A stretch of 20,000 bases of DNA, from the NCBI GenBank assembly GCA_000934665.2, contig KZ538447.1:49611-69610 (forward strand). Direction: 5' to 3'. The position numbers and the translations under genes were made by a program. Numbering within the stretch: position 1 is the first letter of the stretch; every line of letters starts with the position of its first letter. Under the pieces are notes generated by a model. It worked only from the letters and a program-made list of their open reading frames with translations. It did no database searches and was not told the DNA's origin. This DNA is from Catajapyx aquilonaris. Lineage: Eukaryota. Positions 1 to 8,597 of this stretch are shown here, piece by piece.

Positions 1-694
1 TTGCCCCAGCGTCCTTGCAAGTACGGCTTAACACATTTAACCACCTCTAAAACTTCATCATCACTCGGCTAAGCAGGTAAACAGCTGGGGAAAGTCTAGT
101 CCGGAATTAACTGGAGGAAAACTCCCAGCCGAAGCGGTCCTCATATTTTCATTAGCATGGAATCCCTCCTCTTAATTAGACCCAAGTGGCAAGCTAGGAC
201 CTACGCAAATGAGGAATCGCGGGTGTAATGTGCAGGACAGGTCAGGCTCTGGTCTAGCTCCCCCTCCAACTCCATAGAGGGTCTTTATCGTTTAGAATCA
301 GCGGGAAGCATTATTCATCTCTCTCTCGCTCGCCGGGTTACAGGGGGGATAGTCCTATCGGTTTTCGTGATGGGCCAGGTTGGTACCGGCCGGCAGTAAA
401 TTCAGGTGGAAAGAACAGCTTCCGTTTTAGGAGGGCTGTTGATCTTTCCCGTCATGCAAGTCACGGACCAATGCATACCCTCATGCTATATACCACCTGC
501 ATTCCAAACGCTATCGGCATCTAATCTCACACCATAAATGGAATAATGTAGTCTGGTTTTTGTACACATTTGGACATGTAATGCCAGAGAAACAAACACT
601 TTACATGAAATTGCTTTTCTATGCACCTTCTTGGTGTGCTTTCCCCTGTAACACGTAACTGCAGATACCAACTTTGATTAGAGTGTTACTTTTA

Positions 695-1713
695 TGCTAT
701 GTGTTGAAGACACGTCGAAGAGGGAACTTCTGAGCCTCAGAGAATCACTTTATGTAGAGATGTTATTTGGTCTCCAAAGCCTAGTTACAAAAATGATTAG
801 CATTAATTAAAATGCAAATATCACTCCCTGCAACAAAGAGACAGTCTCGTCCATTGGCTAGGCGATTCCCCACTACGTATCACATGGAAATGCATTTTAA
901 ATATGTTACAAATTTACAATTCGTAGTAACACTTACAATGCACTGCATCTGTTACAGTATTGTATTTAAAATGGTAGATCGCACGGAGGGATGCTTACCT
1001 CCCAGGATATTATGGCTAGTATTTGAAGCTATTTAGCTCGGTAATGAGGCCGTGAAGACCAAATGCCATACCTACATCTGGTTTTCAGGAGTTCATCATA
1101 GATGTTTTAAATACATTAAACTTTAACATCTTATTGAAACGCCATAAAATTGGAGGAAGACTAACTTGTCCTGAATTTGCCTTAAACACTTACTGGACAG
1201 GTTCAATCGGGTTCAATGCGCTACCACAATCAGCTACGTTAGTCACAAACTAATTATATGCTCCAGGAAACGTTAACTGAGTTTTACTTATGAGATCAGT
1301 AGTTGTGCTCAATATGCCACTGGGTTCCTTACAAGTATCCATCATAATGAAGCATGGCCATAAAATATTCAATAGCGTTTCACATCATGGGTGGTCGAAA
1401 GTGATAGATTACTCTCATGCTATGTAAATCATTTGCTTCTACATTTATCCTTGAAGTCCTGCAGTTTTCAGTAATGGTAAACCCAGTTTTTTACTAGACT
1501 TGGTAATCCATCATTTGGATCCTTTTGAAAATCGCATCCTTTACTTGCAAATGAGCAAAATATCTGGCATGTACTCACCTTTTCTCGATGGATGTAGGCA
1601 GACTCATATACGTAGAAAATAGCTTTGCCAGGTGAGTCAAAACAGCTTCAAGAATCTAGAGCAGTTCAGTGACTTGACCTCTCTGCTGCTGGTCAGCCTT
1701 CGCTATCCATCGC
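695..1713 (-). mobile_element. Decayed, intron-containing hAT-like (ZMYM1-type) transposase fragment, probably inside a NELL intron
   Basis: Three minus-strand exon-like blocks. 1713-1579 (acceptor ctctctccacttttacttag, donor AG|gtgagta) reads RWIAKAD...ELL*ILEAVLTHLAKL. ~1071-999 (donor GAG|gtaagc) reads MAFGLHGLITELNSFK/LAIISWE. 780-695 (acceptor gctaatcatttttgtaactag) reads ALET../SEAQKFPL/STCLQHI. Order and content resemble the hAT TRW...A.GLL..L.SF.F.....W...L...LS..LQ....L region. Stops and frameshifts are present. Family assigned by eye. Confidence 0.45.
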
Positions 1714-3215
1714 CTAAGTAAAAGTGGAGAGAGTCAGGTCAGTGTTAGATTGTTTTTGACTACTGGTTTATATAGGCTGTTACTTCAATCGAAATTAACA
1801 ACGTCATTTACAAATCATATGCAGTTGATTGTATGGGACCAAATCCACAACAATAATTGAACATGATACCTATTCATATCTTTGTTGCATGCACTTCTTC
1901 TCGGTCTCTTTAGCTTATGCATGTTGTGTGTATAGTAGATGTCATTTTTATTTGTGTGCTTCCCACAAGCTTTTCATACACGGCCATTACAAGTAACACA
2001 AAAGATTACTCAAAGTTATCATAATAAAATTTTAAAAAAATACCACCATTTCTAACATGTAGCCTTGAAAGAAGCAACAAGACCGTAAATTGCATTCTAA
2101 AATTTTCATCCGCAAAAATTTTAAGGGGCCTGGACGGGAATCGGATATTGCTCCTAATCACTCTGCTGCCATACTAACATTGAATCATATAAATCCTCGT
2201 TTTGCCCAAGCTCAGAGACTTTCTTGGAAAAAAAAACTCTTCCTGACTTTTACAGAAGTTGCTTCTTGATAGACAAGAGAGTTGTTGCGACGGGCGCTCG
2301 AAAGGCCGCTAGGTGGTGACAACCCGCCCTTCAGCGGATTGCAGAGGGAAAAGAGGCTCCCGTCAGGTCATCAATCTTGGAAGCGGATAGTAGCCCCACA
2401 TTTACGCTGACGAGGTATGAGAAACTTTAGCAACTCCAATACCTTGTAGCGTCTTTGCCATCAATAAGAGAGATATATAAAAAAGACTTCGATACAAAGG
2501 CGACAGTGTTTCTTTTATGTACCTACCTTCGGCTCCTCGTGTGAACGCTTGACGCTTTTGCACTTTGATTTTTTACTTAGACTTTCAGTTGCGGTTCTTA
2601 TTTTGCATTGTATCGCTTTTCAAAGTCTCGTTAGCATTTTTATGTGCAGTTTTCCTTTAGCTCACAGTAGCTTAGAAATTCGGACATTAGCTAGCACTTG
2701 TCGTATTGCACGTTCAGCAAAATCCCTCTTGCATGAATAACGTAGCCATGGATTTGATAGTGTTTTTTAAAGTCTGGGATATTCTTTTCAACCGCGCTGA
2801 ATCCAGCAGACGTTATCTTAAATCAGACTTGACTTTCATAACTTTTCAGAGCAAATAAATCAAACTGTATCTAGGTCATTTAAACAGTAACTTTTACGAG
2901 CAGGCCATTACCATATAAACCTACAAGTCATGAATCAGACCCCTGTCCTGACAATTAACATGACCCTTGACTCAGTTCAGAAAGCACTGTGCATTCCACG
3001 TTATTCTCAATGCAGAAGAGCGAATGCATAAGACTATTTAAATTGCTTTTTATTACTGCACAGCGTCAAAGTTTGCATCCATCTCAAATCCCTAGTGGTC
3101 AGTGGACAAAGACATTTGGAAAGAAGGCGGAATTTCTTGCCTTCCAAGAAAGTCAACTATTGTAAACGTGGATGAAAGTAATAAATGACCACGAAACCTA
3201 ATAATTATTTTCCAG

Positions 3216-3452
3216 CCGTGTGTAACCAAACCTGCCTGAACGGTGGGGAATGCGTGTCACCTGGTGAGTGTAAGTGCAAAAAGGGCTACGTCGGGCCCAG
3301 CTGTGAATTGGACATGGATGAATGTGCCTTGGGTCTCCACCAATGCCACCCCAATGCTGACTGTGTCAACATGCCGGGGTGGTATTACTGCCAGTGCAAG
3401 TCTGGATTCCGCAGCATCATGCAAGACCACACTGTAGGAGCCATTTGCCAAG
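3216..3452 (+). CDS. NELL: NELL-like exon: EGF + calcium-binding EGF (VCNQTCLNGGECVSPGECKCKKGYVGPSCELDMDECALGLHQCHPNADCVNMPGWYYCQCKSGF...)
   Basis: Acceptor ttttccag (AG 3214-3215), donor G|gtaac (3453). Phase 1-1 with canonical EGF cysteine spacing. Confidence 0.95.
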
Positions 3453-6400
3453 GTAACAAATCTCCCCCTTGAGTATATCCACGAGGATGTTAACCCGACT
3501 CCATTTGTCCCTACAGATATAGACGAGTGTGCGGAAGAAATTCACACCTGCCACCACTCTGCACTATGCAAAAACGCCCAGGGAAGCTACGAGTGTGTCT
3601 GCCCCCCTGGGCAAGACGACTGTTCCCGCGGTAGGTACTTAGCAAAGAGCAACGTTAATGTAGAGCACTAACTTTGCTGGGTTTATCCTTTAAAGTAAAC
3701 AGTTGAAACTTCAGGCAATGCAAATAGGTAACCTCAATTCCAGATTGTGTGTTCCAAGGCCTGGAGTTCCGGAATCATGACGTCTGGGAAGACCACAGCA
3801 AACCCTGCTCTCAGTGCTCATGCACGGAGGGCACAGTCACATGCAAAGAAATGACCTGCAATTGTCACGACCCAAAGGTCAGTCTGGACTGCTGCCCGCA
3901 ATGCGACATGACCTCGGTGTGTCCGCATCAGGAGGTGCCCCGAGTGACCTTCAAGAACGGCGAGCAGTGGATATATCAGTGCCAGACATGTGAATGTTTG
4001 GTAAGGACCTCGACCTACGAGATGGTCTAAAATTGCCAGAAAAAAATCCACACTCGTAACTACAATACCATTCTTTCCCAGCACGGAGAAATTGACTGCT
4101 GGCCCATGGAATGTCCTCCGGTGGTGTGTCGCGATCCAGTCCTGCTACCGGGGGACTGCTGCCCCCGTTGCCTGGATGACCCCTGTGGCATGGACCACAA
4201 CGTGACCGGGGACGGAGCCAGCAACGGCAGGCCATGTACATACCTCGGAAGGTTGCATGCCAGTGGCAGCCAATGGGAATTGCCTCAGGATAAGTGCACA
4301 AGCTGCAAGTGCCGAGTAAGTCCCCCTCTTGCCCTGCATCCCACCTCCGATATGTCACCCCCCATCCCATCTTTTTCCATCAACTCGGCTGTTTTGTCCT
4401 TCTTTTTTTGTCTCTCGGAGATGTCAACTACTGCAGGCCCAGCTGCCACTAACGCTGCCCGCGCCATTCCAGTCCAATCCATTCGACTTGCAATATTTTG
4501 ATATGGCATGGACCATTTTTCTTGTCGTTTTTCCCCATTTGTTTACCCCTAGGCTGGCTCTATAGATTTCCCCCCCTCAACTCTTAGCAGTGCAACTGCA
4601 ATGCGAAACAAACATTAAAGCCGACGTGTCAACCTCGTTTTTTCCATGCCTTTGTTTTAACGAGCTTAGAACTGCTGGTAATAGACTGCTTCCGAGATTA
4701 AAGTAAATGGTTGCTTTGAAAACAATTCCAAACGCCCCCCTGATTTGTTTTCATTGGCATGCCGTCTTACGTTTTTAGGGTAGAGTGACTCAAAAAAGAA
4801 TCCTTTGAACACTGCTTGTCTGCCTGGATTTTGTTCTTTCCGATTACTTTAATTGCCTGGTCCAATTAACTACTCCAAACATTCGTTGCATTTTGTGAAT
4901 TGCTAACCAGTGTAGGCAAAAGTAACCTCTCTTTTTAAGTTGTTGACAAACGAGTTGTGTTGTTTGCTTTGTGACTAAACAAGAGTCGTTAGGAGGGCTG
5001 CTTTTGACTAACAATTTGGTAACACAAACTTCTTTTGCAGGTGCCGATCTGCGATCAACTGGTGAGCAATCTCGCGTGTTGTGTGCATCGGTAATCACGA
5101 AATAACTCTCTAGCTATCAATGAAAACACTTGGAAATAGGGACTGTTTTGTAGATAGCATGCATGAAATTGCACTGTCTTGTACCTGGAGTTTCCTAAGG
5201 TATTTCTTATACGGGTCGTCAGGGAATATTGTGTAATGAATGATTTCCTCTCGCCATTTCTGTCTTCTCAGAAGGTGGGATAAAACAAGTCCCAAACGAG
5301 ACGCGTAGTGCGAAGTTATTACCTCGTGGGCGCAACAGTAAAACTTGAGGGTTCTTTCAGAGTGCAATGAAATGGGGGAAATAACGTCCTCAGCCCAGAG
5401 ATACTACTGACTTGCTCTCCACGCCCAAGTAAATTGCTAGCTCGTCAGCACAGTCACCATTTCCTGGGAGAGACCACCCAGCCAAAGCCGATAGCTCTTG
5501 TTGAACCTCGGCAGCTTCACATTCCGCGCTATGTAATTATTGTTTCCTAAATATATAGCTGGCGAAGCTTAGGAAAAGAGCGCTTGTCAAGCAAGCGATT
5601 AGTCTGTCAGGAGAAAGAGTTGTGGCGTAAACATCGGCTACAGTGTTTAGGCAGATAGGAGTTAGCACGGAAGTGCTCGTCGTCTTTTGGCGGCGGATCA
5701 GTCGACTTGTCAATACGTTTGAGGCCACCATGGTCGCGGCCAACACTGCTCCAGTGCAGTCAAAACACGCCGTATAATGCTGGCATTTATAGCGAGTTAA
5801 GCGTCGCGCTGAGGTAAATAACCGTAATTCACGATTACATGGTTAACTTGTTGGCATCAACATTGCCTGCAAACAAAGTGTCATTAGAAGGGCTCGGAAG
5901 AAAAAGTCAGGATATTTCGGGAGTTGTGCAAAACAATGCTGTAAAATTGACTGGCGATATTGGTGTATTGTCAAGTAGCCTATATATAACTGCGGACACA
6001 ACTCGAGGTATGCGGTGGGAACTCTAGCCTGACTGTCTGTCTGTCTCTCTCTGGCATGTCCGTTTCATCACTTTTGGCATGTCAGGGCTGCAAACGAGAG
6101 GCACTTATGAAGCAATAACAGCTTGGCATATCCTCTCTCTTTTCATAAAACAAATGCTGATGTTTCTTGGGATGGCACCGTGTGTTTTGTGGCTTGTTCC
6201 ATTTTCTCCCGAATGCACCATCACTCTTGTTATACAGTAGTTGATAGTACTATTTCTCCTTTTTCACTACCACATCTACTCACTTCTTGCTTTACACATC
6301 ACGCGTGGATGAGGAGCACCACTTGCACCTTACACCTTCTTTGGTGTTATCTCATGGCCATTTTCAATTCTGTTTCAGAAGGATATTACCACGAGTAACT

Positions 6401-7553
6401 GACTTGTCTCATGGGTGAGAAGATTTGAGGTGCTCTAAAGCGGTACACAGCCCTGTGCTGGGCTGTGCCAAACCAGGAGCTAAATATAAAAATTTCTCAT
6501 TGTTTTGCTGCTCGTATACAAAAATTATTAAAACTTTTCTGGTGTCATACGCTCAGCGGAAGGTAAAAAGGGCCCTTTGCCAATACCTCTCTCGTTCTTT
6601 TACCACCTGATGGGGATGACGGTGATGATGCAGCTAGTGTAGTCTTTACGTGCGGGATTTTTTTCTTCCCAATTTTGGATGCGCCGATACCTCCAATTCC
6701 TGGTGTGTGGAGGCATTTACAGGGATGTCGACAGAACCCAGGGAAATACTCGAAGGAAACCCGTGGAAAAGGCAAAGACAGACCATATCATGCAGGGGAT
6801 GTGGCATTGCAAATTTTTGTCATGGTGGTGCGATTCAGTGACCAAATCATTTCAAATCGCAACAGTTGACAGTAATATTGAATGCTTTTTTTCGAGGGGA
6901 GATTGACTTAACTGATCCGCTTCACTGAATCCAGCCACTTGCCAAATCTTGATATTGGAATAAGCGAGCAAGCATCACAGTACCTGTAAATGCGCCCCCA
7001 TTTAACTCTTGGTCACCAGGATGCCTGGCATGCTAGTGTCCTCGAGTTAAACAGTGCTACATTTTCAATTTCAGTGCCTCCAGCTGGCAGAATTTAGATT
7101 GAGCCTTATAGTAGGGTGAATGTAGCTTAGCTTGCGCAGAGGCCGAAATGTGCGGACGCAACCGCAAAGGAGTTGCTCTTTTCTCCTCCATTGCAGGATG
7201 GACGCCTTTGCTGCAGTGTCGCTGTCGATTGCTATAATGCTGATGGCGCGGATGACCATAACGGAGGCGATCGAGCTGTTGACTTCCGGCCTGTACTTGG
7301 GAGTCCAGTGCTGCCGGGAGCTGCTCCTGTCCAGGTTGAGGATGACACTTCTTCACCCTCTGGAGCCACTGCTACCATCGACATCGATGACGACGACCAA
7401 GATACTACCACTGTCGCCGAGCATTCCACCAGCACTTCCAGCAGTGGCAGTGAGGTGTCAAAGAACCATCAAACCCCCAAGTACTTGTCCCAGCAGCGGC
7501 AAGACAGTCCCAGTCTTGTCCCTATCCAGCAGACTGCCATTCCCGACAGGTAG
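3216..7553 (+). CDS. NELL: NELL1/NELL2-like (protein kinase C-binding protein NEL-like) gene, 3' part; join(3216..3452,3517..3630,3744..4000,4082..4315,[5041..5061],7197..7553); 5' exons not found in this window
   Basis: Phase-consistent GT-AG exons encode EGF, two Ca-binding EGF domains and three vWC repeats. They end in CKCR|DGRLCCSV..C, which matches the NELL C-terminal motif (CKCKNGRxCCSVD..C). The domain order is that of the NELL family. Confidence 0.92.
3517..3630 (+). CDS. NELL: NELL-like exon: calcium-binding EGF (DIDECAEEIHTCHHSALCKNAQGSYECVCPPGQDDCSR)
   Basis: Acceptor ccctacag (AG 3515-3516), donor G|gtaggt (3631). Phase 1-1, DIDEC motif. Not in the ORF track. Confidence 0.95.
3744..4000 (+). 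CDS. NELL: NELL-like exon: vWC repeat and start of the next (DCVFQGLEFRNHDVW...CCPQC...WIYQCQTCECL)
   Basis: Acceptor ttccag (AG 3742-3743), donor TTG|gtaagg (4001). Phase 1-0, vWC CCPxC motif. Confidence 0.95.
4082..4315 (+). CDS. NELL: NELL-like exon: vWC (HGEIDCWPMECPPVVCRDPVLLPGDCCPRCLDDPC...DKCTSCKCR)
   Basis: Acceptor ttctttcccag (AG 4080-4081), donor CGA|gtaagt (4316). 234 nt, phase 0-0. Confidence 0.95.
5041..5061 (+). CDS. NELL: Candidate 21-nt in-frame microexon of the NELL-like gene (VPICDQL)
   Basis: Branch-point consensus TGACTAAC (~5005-5012), acceptor ttcttttgcag (AG 5039-5040), donor CTG|gtgagc (5062). Phase 0-0 matches both flanking exons. Confidence 0.6.
7197..7553 (+). 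CDS. NELL: NELL-like terminal coding exon (DGRLCCSVAVDC plus ~106-aa Asp/Ser/Thr-rich tail), TAG 7551-7553
   Basis: Strong acceptor ctcttttctcctccattgcag (AG 7195-7196). Phase 0; completes the last vWC repeat. Confidence 0.9.
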   Translation, partial: DGRLCCSVAVDCYNADGADDHNGGDRAVDFRPVLGSPVLPGAAPVQVEDDTSSPSGATATIDIDDDDQDTTTVAEHSTSTSSSGSEVSKNHQTPKYLSQQRQDSPSLVPIQQTAIPDR

Positions 7554-8562
7554 AAGTTGGCAGTTCGGAACAAGCGTGGCGGTGGTGACGGTGGTCGCGG
7601 CGGTAGTGGTGGTGACCACGGTGCACAAGTTCTGTTCCTCCCCATCCTCCTCCTCCTCATCTTCCTACTCATCACCATGGTCGTCAACTTTGTTGCCATC
7701 GTCGTCAATGTCATGGCTCCAAGTTCTTAGACTGCTGCTGCTCGGCCTCCTACCACTTCTTTCCTACCACATCATTCCTTGTTTAGTGATGCAACGTTGC
7801 CTACAAGCATGTCTACTCTTCCTACTCCGAGTGGTGGGCAAAGTCAAGAGGTAACCTCGCGAGAGGAAGGAATGAGCAATTCTAGTCAAGAGAAAAATTA
7901 ATTAGATGACTGTGGAGCGAGAGTGATCGAGTGTGTGCTAAGGTTCTATAACTGTACGTGTGAGACAGCGTGGGATACAGTCGTCGCGGTCCCTCGTGGA
8001 TGACTGCACCGCGTGCATGAAGAAAAGAAGACTGAACACTTAGTTTTACAGGTCAATAATAGAGTTAAAAGTATGTGTGAGTGTGTCTCCGCGAATGAGA
8101 GTGAGAGAGAAAGAGAATGAACGAGAGTGTGTGAGAAAGAGAGCATCAACCTGAAAAGTGGTCGAGAACATACGATGCATGTGTTGAGAAGTCATCATTC
8201 CTCGGTTGGATATCGCTTTGCGTGACCAAAGTACTCTTTGCACTTGACTCTATAAATAATACATAAATATGTAAGAGAGAGAAAAAGGAAAATCCAGTCA
8301 ATGAAGAAAGCTAATTTCTCACCCCTGGCATTTTCGAGCGAGCGCTGCGTTATCTTTACAGGCACTTAATTTGGTGAGGCTGCCACATGTCTGTGTACGG
8401 TATAGTTGTTTATAAACAACTGTGCAGTGTCTTCCTTGGTGTTCAAGAAATTAATATTGCATTGGAAAACGAAACGTGTTCTCCACCATCGCAATACTGT
8501 GACGAAGGCGATTGTTTCCGAAGCAAATGCATACTGTTATGACAATACAGTTTCATAGCTGA

Positions 8563-8597
8563 AATAAAATTATCATGCGACGCTAATCAGCAATAAA
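8563..8597 (+). terminator. Candidate polyadenylation signals of the NELL-like 3' UTR
   Basis: AATAAA at 8563-8568 and 8592-8597, followed by T-rich sequence about 1 kb past the stop. Position is only suggestive in AT-rich DNA. Confidence 0.3.

Noticed and set aside
1..490. GC-richer stretch with short peptide-like minus-strand frames (e.g. PSDDEVLEVVKCVKPYLQGRWG) and a GGGGAAAGTCT motif reminiscent of RNase P/MRP CR-I
   Set aside because: Frames are broken and have no diagnostic motif, and no matching CR-V/P4 partner was found. Possibly a TE relic, but unassignable by eye.
2404..2452. Hammerhead-like core CTGACGA...GAAAC
   Set aside because: Stem II cannot close (no C before GAAA), stem I register is off by one, and the segment folds better as a simple hairpin.
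4316..4501. ORF 4106..4501 continuing past CKCR
   Set aside because: A strong GTAAGT donor sits at 4316 and the vWC repeat is completed by the exon at 7197. The extension looks intronic, although retention cannot be excluded.
3243..4565. Several overlapping and antisense ORFs over the NELL exons
   Set aside because: Shadows of GC-rich coding exons with no recognisable domains.
5724..5777. Perfect Kozak GCCACCATGG inside the NELL intron
   Set aside because: Opens only a 15-codon ORF with no other support.
6379..6394. Possible 16-nt mini-exon (tttcag|AAGGATATTACCACGA|gtaact)
   Set aside because: Weak donor and frame-shifting; it would destroy the conserved DGRLCC terminus.
6446..6467. 8-bp GC-rich hairpin CACAGCCC/GGGCTGTG
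   Set aside because: Isolated, with no Helitron-type CTRR end or other context; expected by chance.
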